Shown: positions 1 through 13,400 of the stretch, in pieces
How positions within the stretch are numbered: the first letter of the stretch is position 1
How the letters are laid out: the number at the start of each line of letters is the position of its first letter
Assembly: GCA_040954595.2 (NCBI GenBank)
Contig: CM082581.2
Location: 11,964,286 to 12,028,285 of the forward strand
Direction: 5' to 3'
Length of the DNA stretch: 64,000 nt
DNA from: Balanoglossus misakiensis
Lineage: Eukaryota; Animalia; Hemichordata
The notes under the pieces: generated by a model
What the model was told of the DNA's origin: nothing
Databases searched by the model: none
What the model saw: only the letters and a program-made list of their open reading frames with translations
Position numbers and translations under genes: made by a program

Positions 1-175
1 GTATGGTGTGACGTGACTGCTTTATGTAACTTGGCATTAAAGCCTGGCTTACATAAACTCACTCAAATCTGCCCAGTGTATGTATATGTACCAAGCCTGG
101 CTACAAATACTCAATTGAGTTGAATATTTGGCCTCAACTTTCATGCAATTGACCATTTTCTGTATGGTCTTTCAG

Positions 176-273
176 GTTGTTGGACAGTTCATGGCGAGAG
201 CAGTTGCCGATGATTGCCTGCCTCCCAAGTACATCCAGTCTTACAAAGGGAATGTGGATACAGATCATGCCAA
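176..273 (+). CDS. PDCD4: PDCD4 exon (VVGQFMARAVADD...DHA)
   Basis: tttcag|GTT ... GCC AA|gtaagt; similar to vertebrate LVGQFIARAVGD. Confidence 0.93.
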
Positions 274-2316
274 GTAAGTCAAATCATCAAGTTTTCAAAT
301 TTATCTGCCGCAAGAGCGAGAGAGAGACCGACAGAGGAAGAGAGAGAGGGGGGAGAACACTTGTTTTTCTTTGCATGCTTACAAGCCTTCCATGTTCCAT
401 GTTTTAAGCTTACAAAACAACTGCGTAATAGTACATCTACAAAGCTAACCACACAACTTCAGAAGTTCAATTTATTTCTCAATCGCATTAAGTGATGTAG
501 TGTCCCCACTACACAATGCACTAATCTGCTCCCATCTAACAACTATGTGAAATTCTCTCTCAGGGAATTCTCATCTAGCTTCAAACTAATAGAGTTGTTG
601 CTGATAAACAGAACCATTTATTTGTCTCTGAGTTTTGCAAGGCGTGCACTGAATATTACAGAGATTTTCAACCAGGCTGATTAGAGAAATACAAACTCCA
701 TTTTGTATACTTTGACCCTTTATTTGTGTAGGTCAGCCCTGGACAAGGCAAATACATTACTGAACATGAAGCATGGTCTGGTCCGACTCGACAATGTCTG
801 GGGTGTGGGAGGTGGTCGAAGGCCTGTCAAACACCTTATCAAGAAGGTGAGTGAGAGGATAGTCACATGGTGATAATACATCATATACTGATGGATCATC
901 TGTTTGTGAAGATGCTAAAAATTGTGTCAATAACTTAACTGTTAGTTTAAAAATTCTACAAAAAAGGAGTTCCATTTAAATGGAAGTTGACTGTTTGCTA
1001 ATAGTTGTATTCCTCCTTTGCAGATGGTACTTCTCCTGAAGGAGTATCTTTCCTCAGGGGACATCGATGAAGCAGCACGTTGTCTGACAGATTTAGAAGT
1101 ACCTCATTTCCACCATGAATTGGTCTATGAGGTGAGTGTAAACACTGTCTTTCTCTTGCGTTCATTTGAAGTCATTTTTTTCATCCAGTGTAGTAACTGT
1201 CGTTCTTGGAATGATATATTACTCAAACAGTAAAACCCAATGGATGGAACATTCTCTCTGAAGACTTCTTTTCATTTTGCAATCTTCATTTCAACTGAAC
1301 CTTACTCTCTCATTAAAATGATGAAACTTAACCCATTCTCATCGACAGGCTATCGTCATGGTGATAGAAGATACGGGTGAAAGGGCAGCAACAATGGTGG
1401 CCAGACTTCTGAAATCACTGTATAATAGCACCATTATTACTTGGGATCAACTGGCACGGGTCAGTAGCCATATTTTCTCCTGTGTACCTTCCCTTTGAGT
1501 TGCTTTGTCTCATGGATGTGAAGCATCTCTATATTTGATTATGAGAGTTGCGTCAAATAGAAAGATGTTTGCAGTTTCAGTGTTCGTCAAAACCTAATGG
1601 ACGGGTTTAGAACAGAGCTCTGTCAGACTGTCTGCTTGTCAAGTGCCATTACTGAGACATGCTAGGAGAGCTCTCTTTCAACGCTGGCTTAAGTATGCAC
1701 AGGCTTGTTGCAGCTTTGAAAGCAAGCCCTTCAATAAACTGGTGACAACTAATGTACTGAAGGTTTACAACCAATGAAACTATTTTGAGACATTCAACCT
1801 GCAAAGCAGTCCCATTTCCAACCCAGAGTGAATATTAGCTCATTTTTGTTGCGTAATCTTTCAGGGATTTGAGCGTGTCTTCAACACCCTGCCAGATATC
1901 CACCTAGATGTGCCTTCTGCCTACGTTCTGATGGAACGTTTTGCAGATATCTGCGTTAAAGAGCAGTTGATGTCTGAGAAAATGAGAGCTAAGGTGCCAG
2001 TAAGGTGAGTGTTGTTGTTTTACTTCGTGGTTTCCAATGCAAGGAACAAGAATGTTGCCCCTTTCACCAACATGGTTTGGTCCGTATTCATTGTTTTCTA
2101 TGGTAAAGTTGGGCCACTAAGAAGGGAAATAGGGGTGAAAGGGTAGCATTGGTATAAATGATCTCTTTTCTGTCTCTGTTAGGCTCAGTTATTCAGAGCA
2201 ATCAGCCAACAACAGGGTGAGACACAATCTAAGAACTGTAATCTTCTTTTATTTGCAGGGGTCGCAAACGATTTGTGTCTGAAGGCGATGGAGGCAGAGT
2301 CAAAGAATCTTTATAG
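176..2316 (+). CDS. PDCD4: Programmed cell death protein 4, 3' part (second MA3 domain and C-terminus); 6 coding exons, 5' part lies outside the window
   Basis: Exons 176-273, 732-846, 1024-1131, 1349-1459, 1865-2004 and 2259-2316 all have AG/GT borders and compatible phases. Translation: VVGQFMARAVADDCLPPKYIQSYKG...SALDKANTLL...VWGVGGG...[41 protein letters not shown]...GFERVFNTLPDIHLDVPSAY...RGRKRFVSEGDGGRVKESL*. This matches the PDCD4 signatures [14 protein letters not shown] and RGRKRFVSEGDGG. Confidence 0.97.
732..846 (+). CDS. PDCD4: PDCD4 exon (SALDKANTLL...VWGVGGGRRPVKHLIKK)
   Basis: tgtag|G ... AAG|gtgagt; phase 2 in, phase 0 out. Confidence 0.93.
1024..1131 (+). CDS. PDCD4: PDCD4 exon (MA3 domain: [14 protein letters not shown]...[12 protein letters not shown])
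   Basis: ttgcag|ATG ... GAG|gtgagt; lies inside ORF 1018..1233. Confidence 0.96.
1349..1459 (+). CDS. PDCD4: PDCD4 exon (AIVMVIED...ITWDQLAR)
   Basis: gacag|GCT ... CGG|gtcagt; 111 nt, in frame. Confidence 0.92.
1865..2004 (+). CDS. PDCD4: PDCD4 exon (GFERVFNTLPDIHLDVPSAY...)
   Basis: tttcag|GGA ... AG|gtgagt. Confidence 0.93.
2259..2316 (+). CDS. PDCD4: PDCD4 terminal coding exon (GRKRFVSEGDGGRVKESL*)
   Basis: ttgcag|G GGT CGC AAA CGA TTT GTG TCT...TAG; retains the RxRxxS kinase motif. Confidence 0.95.
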
Positions 2317-4250
2317 GATGCCTACATCAAACCCTCTTCGTGGGTTTTGAACCTCGTCTACGTGTGTTGCAAGTTTTACTGCTGGTTTCAGATTCATGAC
2401 ATCATGGCGCAAGTTCAGCTTAGTTCATTTAGGAAAGTTTGAAAAGAAAAAAAAGGTGCACATAGCCTGTCATTTCATCTGAGAGATTCAAATACCGTAC
2501 AGTGGTCGAAAAGAAACTATAAAAATCCCACTTTCTCCTGAAAATTTTCCAGATTTTTTCTCCTGAATTTTTGGATTGTAGATTGTTGCCATTATTTGAA
2601 TTTTCTAGTTTCTGTTCTTAAGTGCCATCAATTTTGCAAAGAGTAAGCAAGCAGAAATATACAAAAAAAATTACTGATTATGTTAAGCAAAATTATAGGT
2701 GAGGTGTTTCTTGACTTCTTGAATCAATGTTTGTCACTTTCGGTTGTACAGAGAGCTTTTCTGATATAGTTTTATTGTGGACGTAAAAAAAAAGTGAAGA
2801 AAAAAAAATATATTTTACTATTCATTAGGAGTTCGTGTGATGAGCAAAATTAGAAGTACTCTTTAAATGACATCATTCCAAGGATCCGATCTTCTGTTAT
2901 TCTAATCCACCTTAAAAATTACCATTTATGTCTTTGTTATATTACAAACATGCATCAAGTTTGATAAAATTTTACCACAAATTGTAACAATTATTCAGCA
3001 TTTGAATTTCTTCTACCTAACAACTTTGAACCATTGCATATTTCAGTGTTGTGAGAAATGCCTGATTCTTTACAATAATTTTCATCATTATACCTCTGTC
3101 GCAAAATAGATATCAGCACACACTAAAAATGTGGCATTAAATGTGTTGTTCGCGCCTTCGAAAAAATAAACCTTGTTTAACTACTAAAGCTTGTAACCTT
3201 CAATTGAAATGCACAGGTTTTATATTTCTCCTTAAGCTTTCGTCTTGTCACTTTAAATGGATTTTATGGTCAAGACATTTCACAAATGTTCTGTTGGCCA
3301 CAATTATCAATAATGTAGACATTTTGTTTTTGCTTGCTTGAATCAATTTTATTATGGGCAGTGAATGCCACAAAGCTTTATTTCCAAATACTTTTGATCA
3401 CATTATATTGTCGAATACCCAGTAAAGTATGTGTAACTGTATTTGAGTATGGAAAGCAACATTTTGCCATTGTGTAAAACTGGTCTTTGGACATTGTACT
3501 GTGTACATGATAAGCTATGTAAAGTTTAACCAGATGTTCAAAAGTCAATATGCAAATAGAGGTCACCTTATGGTTAACTTGTTGATAATAATGATCTTTT
3601 TCTCGACTTTTTCTAATGATATGCTAGCTCACTGATCAAATGTTATAGGAATTTTTAACCAATCCTGGCAAAAAAAATTGTAAGAAACGTAAATGCCAGT
3701 GAAACAAAAAAAATGTGAGAAAAATATTTCGAGAATAGGTTTCCTTTTTCAATTTTAGGTAGTCTTAGATTCTGCCATGATTTCTTGCTAATCCTTTCAA
3801 TATATTTGCATTATAAGGCAGCATTTTGTATGTGGGCGTAGAGAACTAAGAAATTGGTATAGGCATTAAACTTTTCATAAAGTACTACTGTTGTTGGCAC
3901 CTAAACGAAAAAATGACAAAAAATTTACCGATTAGAAAACTTCTGACAAAACCATTTACAAAAAAAACTAAGTAGCCGTTACCTCTCTTTTTGGCAGCCT
4001 TCCTACCTACACTAGTAGTTTGATTGACAAAAATTGGTTTTGCCAAAGTGGTCATGTATCAGTGAATGTTGAAATCAATGTCAAGTGTGGACGAAGAAAT
4101 GATCAGATGAACTAACATATTATGATTTGCAGGTCAAACCTGCCACGTAGCAAGAATGTAATGCATGAGAACTGCATTTCCTATGACATCGTTGTGCTTG
4201 TGTTTAAAATATTGTGGAGTCATCAAATAAAATCATAACAAGCATTTAAA
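2317..4250 (+). other. PDCD4: Probable PDCD4 3' UTR with candidate poly(A) signals at 3165-3170 and 4226-4231
   Basis: AT-rich non-coding sequence after the stop with AATAAA hexamers. The true end cannot be fixed without transcripts. Confidence 0.55.
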
Positions 4251-4480
4251 ACATTTCCAGGTCAGACTCTTCTCTATACAGTGTGTTAAAACCCCATTAC
4301 CAGTAGCTTTTTGGCTACTTTTGTAACTATTTGCTGACTGCCTTGTGACTCAAATTATGTAATACTGTTGAGTTTATACCAGTACACCTGCATGTATTCT
4401 ATGTCAACTAGTGGTCACGTGACGACCATGATGCACACAATGTATACAGATAATACAATCACGTTTATGAAATTAACATC

Positions 4481-4486
4481 TTTATT
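4481..4486 (-). terminator. Candidate polyadenylation signal of adhesion GPCR gene A
   Basis: TTTATT on + (AATAAA on -), 1.4 kb downstream of the predicted stop. Confidence 0.45.
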
Positions 4487-5890
4487 GTAAACACATAATG
4501 TACTCTGAAACGCTACAACCACAGATGCATTCTGGTATATGGCGCAATTGCCTACAGTATAATGGTTCAACTATAGCGCCACCAACGATACGCCCTACGT
4601 AAAAACGTGAAAGACGATTATGGTGTGAGACTGTGTTTCTATTTTGCTCAGTTGTCTGGCAAAAGAAATAAGTAATTTAGCACGCATGACTTTACCCAGA
4701 GGTGCAGACGGCAACTTGTGAGTGCCTACATGTACGTTCTCAAGTAGCCCCAATCGGGTGAAGTGTCCCTTTTTACATATAATTACATGTACCAACTTTC
4801 AAATCAGAAAATGTAGACCTAGTTTAGTAATTGCCAGAAAACGAACGCGTCAAAACTGTAAAATACAAATTCAAAATAGTTTTAATAAATTGGAACTTGG
4901 TTGCGGATATACACAATGTCAAACGTCAGTTCAATGCAGAAAATCTGTGAAGTGTTACTGGCCAGTGCTAACCCCACTTTTAGTAACGACCACGTTTTTT
5001 CAATATTCTTGGACACATAATGGCAAACAATAAACACACATCAAAAATACGTCATAACTATGACTGAAAAAAACTTGCTAATTAATGTACCTGTAAAGCT
5101 ACCGAGACCATTCCAGAAAGAAAAACTACATTTGTAAATCGTGTCTTTGTCAAAGTTAAATTCCATAATTAATAAATATCGGAATTCAAGCAAGAGATAG
5201 AAAGTCTTACTTGGATGAAATATTTTTCAAAGAACATTGTCTAATTGCCAACGATATATTTGTCATAAATGTCAAAATATGGCCTACATAGTAGCTACTT
5301 CTATTATAATTATATTGTTTGATAATCAGTTGTCTGGAAGGTTATGTTTCTTATATATTAATATTTACAATTTTATATCGAAAATATGACTTGTGTAATA
5401 ATATCTGAACAGACATAGATAGTGTTCAGTGAGTGTTTATATAATTATAGTCCATCCTTTTCAAGTGAAAATTCGTCTGAGAGAATAGTATTTCATAGCG
5501 CAGAACTTCAAACTATTTTTTATTATATATTCAGTATACTAATATGGAAGATCTTGTTTGACTGGGGTGGGGGGAGGGTAAAGAATAGAAGACGTCTTTA
5601 CATGGCTCGCTTCTGTGAAATTGCAATAGAAATTCAAAGACACATCTCGATCAAGTGCAATAAAGCCTCTTGTGCGTCTGATTGATTCAACGGTTGGTTG
5701 TCTGCCAGCCCGGTTAGCATCTCCGGTCGTTATAACATTTCCATCCGCGACACGAAGGCAAACCCCTTTGAATATTATCCCAGAATTAGTGGTCGGGTCG
5801 ACTATCCAAGCCCAGGTTGTAACATTTCGACTCGAAGCCCGTCCACGTATTGTATTTGTTGGAAACATTCTTGTTGAAATCCTGAACCAA

Positions 5891-7409
5891 TTACATATTG
5901 GCCGTATTTTTCATTTCCGTTTCCGTCAGGGAGACAACTTCACATCGCTCAACCACTGCGTGATTATAATTGGGGGAATTCAGTGATAATAGAGATTGGT
6001 CTTCAGCAAACTACAAACAGAGAAAAGAATTAAGAAGTCACCGTAAAATTAACTCAACTTTTATATCAAGTAAAGTTCGTTATCAATCTGTGTCATGTAT
6101 CGATCAAGACATCGTAATGTTTCTTTTAATTTCATTTCAAAAACATTCCGTTACAGAAGCGATAATTTTCAAGTGGCATCTCACCTGTACACAAATTGGA
6201 CTCGATGTAGTGCGGCCACTATTTTGACTCATTTTGTCGACAAGCTCACCGTCCATCACCACGTCTCTCAAAGCTGCGTCCCTGACTAAAATTAAAGTTT
6301 GAAAGTAAACAAAAATATATGACTTTTGAATCGACAGCGTGTTTTCTCTCAAAGAATGCAATAAGCAATTGCTATAGCGACACCGCAGATGCTTTTTTAT
6401 CTCATATGATCAGGCGGGACTTTCTTTGATGTGGATGTACAGCGTCACCATAAAAGTAACATAAGACGTTCTTTTGTTTTTGTGTTACTTACCGTTGTGG
6501 TTGCTGGTATAGTCCAGGTCCGTCATGACAGTTTCAGTACTTTCGTTTTTCTTCCCGACTTTCCCGCATCCTACTCCGCGATGGGAGTTGTTAGTGATTG
6601 ACACTACCGAAACTGGCTGTGAAGTTTTCAGAGGCATATTCAGAGTTACAGTTTGTTTGTTTGTTTCGCGTGTTTATTCTGTTTATTTGGATGCAAAAAG
6701 CAAAACTTACAGTGTTGTAGAAGACAGCGCCTCCTGTCGTGCTGGTTTGATAATCTCCTCGTTCAAGCGCCCTCTTCTCACGTGCCCGGCGAAGAGCAGC
6801 CCGCACCTGTTGAATTACAACGCATTTAAATATACATAGTTGTACCGAGTTGTTGTTATACTTCCCATGGTCTTTGGCTTAAGTGTTTTATTTCAATTGG
6901 CAGTTCTTCAAGTTCAGAATTACTCATGATAATCAGGAGTTAGTGAGAGACTGGATTACACTAACTGTGAAGGCCCATAGAGATGTTTTCCGTCTGAAAT
7001 TACTTTCTGGCGAGACAAGCTGTTGAAAAATTATACATACCTCGCCATTTAATATGCATTGGAAGAGGAATATGAAGAAACCCTGGAACACAAACAAATC
7101 ATATTGATTTACAACAATATTGTGTGCTGGAAAATGGAACTACATTGTACAATGTATTACAGCGGAAGGACACGCACATAGCACACCACACCCACGTAAA
7201 TTTCACGGCTTGACACATAATTCTGGAGGGTCTACAAATGCAACTAGTATGAATATTAATTGTTTATAAATCATTTTATTACCTGTAGTGAGTTGAAGAT
7301 TGAGAATAAATACTGGAATGCGATGAGGTCCTCATTGACAGCTAACAGTCCGAAAATCCAGCTCAGACCAAGAATCGGAAGTAGAACGAGCGCCCCCTTG
7401 ACGCCAGCT
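5891..7409 (-). CDS. Gene A, 3' exon block: TM6, TM7, helix 8 and cytoplasmic tail (6 exons)
   Basis: [42 protein letters not shown] / [14 protein letters not shown] / [19 protein letters not shown]... The tail exons rest on splice sites and phase only. Confidence 0.88.
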
Positions 7410-10400
7410 CTGTCAAAACCACCAGACAAAGGGTACATCAGAGAAAATACATGAAATATTTTTTTAGCGTTCATTAGCTATAACCAATGCATATGACATA
7501 AAAATGCCAAAATGAGCAAAATTTTCAAAGTCGAGAATTTGTCATTTTTTGATCGTTCATGAGCTATAACCCATGCATATGACATGAAAATGCCAAAATG
7601 AGCAAAATTTTAATGAGCTATAACCCATGCTTTTTTTCAAAAAAATGAAGAAATTTTGATATTTCGGAAAGTCGAAAAATTGTCATTTCTGGACGATTTT
7701 CATGGGCTATAACCCATGCTTTTTTCAAAAAAATGAAGAAATTTTGATATTTCGGAAAGTCGAAAAATTGTCATTTCTGGACGATTTTCATGGGCTATAA
7801 CCCATGCTTTTTTCAAAAAAATGAAGAAATTTTGATATTTCGGAAAGTCGAAAAATTGTCATTTCTGGACGATTTTCATGGGCTATAACCCATGCTTTTT
7901 TCAAAAAAATGAAGAAATTTTGATATTTCGGAAAGTCGAAAAATTGTCATTTCTGGACGATTTTCATGGGCTATAACCCATGCTTTTTTCAAAAAAATGA
8001 AGAAATTTTGATATTTCCGAAAGTCGAAAAATTGTCATTTCTGGACGATTTTCATGGGCTATAACCCATGCTTTTTTCAAAAAAATGAAGAAATTTTGAT
8101 ATTTCGGAAAGTCGAAAAATTGTCATTTCTGGACGATTTTCATGGGCTATAACCCATGCTTTTTTCAAAAAAATGAAGAAATTTTGATATTTCGGAAAGT
8201 CGAAAAATTGTCATTTCTGGACGATTTTCATGGGCTATAACCCATGCTTTTTTCAAAAAAATGAAGAAATTTTGATATTTCGGAAAGTCGAAAAATTGTC
8301 ATTTCTGGACGATTTTCATGGGCTATAACCCATGCTTTTTTCAAAAAAATGAAGAAATTTTGATATTTCGGAAAGTCGAAAAATTGTCATTTCTGGACGA
8401 TTTTCATGGGCTATAACCCATGATTTTTTCAAAAAAATGAAGAAATTTTGATATTTCGGAAAGTCGAAAAATTGTCATTTCTGGACGATTTTCATGGGCT
8501 ATAACCCATGATTTTTTCAAAAAAATGAAGAAATTTTGATATTTCGGAAAGTCGAAAAATTGTCATTTCTGGACGATTTTCATGGGCTATAACCCATGCT
8601 TTTTTCAAAAAAATGAAGAAATTTTGATATTTCGGAAAGTCGAAAAATTGTCATTTCTGGACGATTTTCATGGGCTATAACCCATGCTTTTTTCAAAAAA
8701 ATGAAGAAATTTTGATATTTCGGAAAGTCGAAAAATTGTCATTTCTGGACGATTTTCATGGGCTATAACCCATGCTTTTTTCAAAAAAATGAAGAAATTT
8801 TGATATTTCGGAAAGTCGAAAAATAGTCATTTCTGGACGATTTTCATGGGCTATAACCCATGCTTTTTTCAAAAAAATGAAGAAATTTTGATATTTCGGA
8901 AAGTCGAAAAATTGTCATTTCTGGACGATTTTCATGGGCTATAACCCATGCTTTTTTCAAAAAAATGAAGAAATTTTGATATTTCGGAAAGTCGAAAAAT
9001 TGTCATTTCTGGACGATTTTCATGGGCTATAACCCATGCTTTTTTCAAAAAAATGAAGAAATTTTGATATTTCGGAAAGTCGAAAAATTGTCATTTCTGG
9101 ACGATTTTCATGGGCTATAACCCATGCTTTTTTCAAAAAAATGAAGAAATTTTGATATTTCGGAAAGTCGAAAAATTGTCATTTCTGGACGATTTTCATG
9201 GGCTATAACCCATGCTTTTTTCAAAAAAATGAAGAAATTTTGATATTTCGGAAAGTCGAAAAATTGTCATTTCTGGACGATTTTCATGGGCTATAACCCA
9301 TGCTTTTTTCAAAAAAATGAAGAAATTTTGATATTTCGGAAAGTCGAAAAATTGTCATTTCTGGACGATTTTCATGGGCTATAACCCATGCTTTTTTCAA
9401 AAAAATGAAGAAATTTTGATATTTCGGAAAGTCGAAAAATTGTCATTTCTGGACGATTTTCATGGGCTATAACCCATGCTTTTTTCAAAAAAATGAAGAA
9501 ATTTTGATATTTCGGAAAGTCGAAAAATTGTCATTTCTGGACGATTTTCATGGGCTATAACCCATGCTTTTTTCAAAAAAATGAAGAAATTTTGATATTT
9601 CGGAAAGTCGAAAAATTGTCATTTCTGGACGATTTTCATGGGCTATAACCCATGCTTTTTTCAAATAAATGAAGAAATTTTGATATTTCGGAAAGTCGAA
9701 AAATTGTCATTTCTGGACGATTTTCATGGGCTATAACCCATGCTTTTTTCAAAAAAATGAAGAAATTTTGATATTTCGGAAAGTCGAAAAATAGTCATTT
9801 CTGGACGATTTTCATGGGCTATAACCCATGCTTTTTTCAAAAAAATGAAGAAATTTTGATATTTCGGAAAGTCGAAAAATTGTCATTTCTGGACGATTTT
9901 CATGGGCTATAACCCATGCTTTTTTCAAAAAAATGAAGAAATTTTGATATTTCGGAAAGTCGAAAAATTGTCATTTCTGGACGATTTTCATGGGCTATAA
10001 CCCATGCTTTTTTCAAAAAAATGAAGAAATTTTGATATTTCGGAAAGTCGAAAAATTGTCATTTCTGGACGATTTTCATGGGCTATAACCCATGCTTTTT
10101 TCAAAAAAATGAAGAAATTTTGATATTTCGGAAAGTCGAAAAATTGTCATTTCTGGACGATTTTCATGGGCTATAACCCATGCTTTTTTCAAAAAAATGA
10201 AGAAATTTTGATATTTCGGAAAGTCGAAAAATTGTCATTTCTGGACGATTTTCATGGGCTATAACCCATGCTTTTTTCAAAAAAATGAAGAAATTTTGAT
10301 ATTTCGGAAAGTCGAAAAATTGTCATTTCTGGACGATTTTCATGGGCTATAACCCATGCTTTTTTCAAAAAAATGAAGAAATTTTGATATTTCGGAAAGT

Positions 10401-13400
10401 CGAAAAATTGTCATTTCTGGACGATTTTCATGGGCTATAACCCATGCTTTTTTCAAAAAAATGAAGAAATTTTGATATTTCGGAAAGTCGAAAAATTGTC
10501 ATTTCTGGACGATTTTCATGGGCTATAACCCATGCTTTTTTCAAAAAAATGAAGAAATTTTGATATTTCGGAAAGTCGAAAAATTGTCATTTCTGGACGA
10601 TTTTCATGGGCTATAACCCATGCTTTTTTCAAAAAAATGAAGAAATTTTGATATTTCGGAAAGTCGAAAAATTGTCATTTCTGGACGATTTTCATGGGCT
10701 ATAACCCATGCTTTTTTCAAAAAAATGAAGAAATTTTGATATTTCGGAAAGTCGAAAAATTGTCATTTCTGGACGATTTTCATGGGCTATAACCCATGCT
10801 TTTTTCAAAAAAATGAAGAAATTTTGATATTTCGGAAAGTCGAAAAATTGTCATTTCTGGACGATTTTCATGGGCTATAACCCATGCTTTTTTCAAAAAA
10901 ATGAAGAAATTTTGATATTTCGGAAAGTCGAAAAATTGTCATTTCTGGACGATTTTCATGGGCTATAACCCATGCTTTTTTCAAAAAAATGAAGAAATTT
11001 TGATATTTCGGAAAGTCGAAAAATTGTCATTTCTGGACGATTTTCATGGGCTATAACCCATGCTTTTTTCAAAAAAATGAAGAAATTTTGATATTTCGGA
11101 AAGTCGAAAAATTGTCATTTCTGGACGATTTTCATGGGCTATAACCCATGCTTTTTTCAAAAAAATGAAGAAATTTTGATATTTCGGAAAGTCGAAAAAT
11201 TGTCATTTCTGGACGATTTTCATGGGCTATAACCCATGCTTTTTTCAAAAAAATGAAGAAATTTTGATATTTCGGAAAGTCGAAAAATTGTCATTTCTGG
11301 ACGATTTTCATGGGCTATAACCCATGCTTTTTTCAAAAAAATGAAGAAATTTTGATATTTCGGAAAGTCGAAAAATTGTCATTTCTGGACGATTTTCATG
11401 GGCTATAACCCATGCTTTTTTCAAAAAAATGAAGAAATTTTGATATTTCGGAAAGTCGAAAAATTGTCATTTCTGGACGATTTTCATGGGCTATAACCCA
11501 TGCTTTTTTCAAAAAAATGAAGAAATTTTGATATTTCGGAAAGTCGAAAAATTGTCATTTCTGGACGATTTTCATGGGCTATAACCCATGCTTTTTTCAA
11601 AAAAATGAAGAAATTTTGATATTTCGGAAAGTCGAAAAATTGTCATTTCTGGACGATTTTCATGGGCTATAACCCATGCTTTTTTCAAAAAAATGAAGAA
11701 ATTTTGATATTTCGGAAAGTCGAAAAATTGTCATTTCTGGACGATTTTCATGGGCTATAACCCATGCTTTTTTCAAAAAAATGAAGAAATTTTGATATTT
11801 CGGAAAGTCGAAAAATTGTCATTTCTGGACGATTTTCATGGGCTATAACCCATGCTTTTTTCAAAAAAATGAAGAAATTTTGATATTTCGGAAAGTCGAA
11901 AAATTGTCATTTCTGGACGATTTTCATGGGCTATAACCCATGCTTTTTTCAAAAAAATGAAGAAATTTTGATATTTCGGAAAGTCGAAAAATTGTCATTT
12001 CTGGACGATTTTCATGGGCTACAACCCATGCTTTTTTTAAAAAAATGAAGAAATTTTGATATTTCGGAAAGTCGAAAAATTGTCATTTCTGGACGATTTT
12101 CATGGGCTACAACCCATGATTTTTTCAAAAAAATGAAGAAATTTTGATATTTCGGAAAGTCGAAAAATTGTCATTTCTGGACGATTTTCATGGGCTACAA
12201 CCCATGATTTTTTCAAAAAAATGAAGAAATTTTGATATTTCGGAAAGTCGAAAAATTGTCATTTCTGGACGATTTTCATGGGCTACAACCCATGATTTTT
12301 TCAAAAAAATGAAGAAATTTTGATATTTCGGAAAGTCGAAAAATTGTCATTTCTGGACGATTTTCATGGGCTACAACCCATGCTTTTTTCAAAAAAATGA
12401 AGAAATTTTGATATTTCGGAAAGTCGAAAAATTGTCATTTCTGGACGATTTTCATGGGCTATAACCCATGCTTTTTTCAAAAAAATGAAGAAATTTTGAT
12501 ATTTCGGAAAGTCGAAAAATTGTCATTTCTGGACGATTTTCATGGGCTATAACCCATGCTTTTTTCAAAAAAATGAAGAAATTTTGATATTTCGGAAAGT
12601 CGAAAAATTGTCATTTCTGGACGATTTTCATGGGCTATAACCCATGCTTTTTTCAAAAAAATGAAGAAATTTTGATATTTCGGAAAGTCGAAAAATTGTC
12701 ATTTCTGGACGATTTTCATGGGCTATAACCCATGCTTTTTTCAAAAAAATGAAGAAATTTTGATATTTCCGGAAAGTCGAAAAATTGTCATTTCTGGACG
12801 ATTTTCATGGGCTATAACCCATGCTTTTTTCAAAAAAATGAAGAAATTTTGATATTTCGGAAAGTCGAAAAATTGTCATTTCTGGACGATTTTCATGGGC
12901 TATAACCCATGCTTTTTTCAAAAAAATGAAGAAATTTTGATATTTCGGAAAGTCGAAAAATTGTCATTTCTGGACGATTTTCATGGGCTATAACCCATGC
13001 TTTTTTCAAAAAAATGAAGAAATTTTGATATTTCGGAAAGTCGAAAAATTGTCATTTCTGGACGATTTTCATGGGCTATAACCCATGCTTTTTCAAAAAA
13101 ATGAAGAAATTTTGATATTTCGGAAAGTCGAAAAATTGTCATTTCTGGACGATTTTCATGGGCTATAACCCATGCTTTTTTCAAAAAAATGAAGAAATTT
13201 TGATATTTCGGAAAGTCGAAAAATTGTCATTTCTGGACGATTTTCATGGGCTATAACCCATGCTTTTTTCAAAAAAATGAAGAAATTTTGATATTTCGGA
13301 AAGTCGAAAAATTGTCATTTCTGGACGATTTTCATGGGCTATAACCCATGCTTTTTTCAAAAAAATGAAGAAATTTTGATATTTCGGAAAGTCGAAAAAT

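Noticed and set aside
4571-4586. CTCF-like TATAGCGCCACCAAC near the convergent 3' ends
   Set aside because: Only a partial core match, which is expected by chance
5539-5986. ORFs 5539..5868 (-) and 5672..5986 (+) as separate genes
   Set aside because: They lie in the predicted last exon/3' UTR of gene A, out of frame or antisense, with no recognisable motifs
7750-7766. CENP-B-box-like TTTCGGAAAGTCGAAA in the monomer
   Set aside because: The spacing between TTCG and the second CG is one base short and the CGGG end is missing
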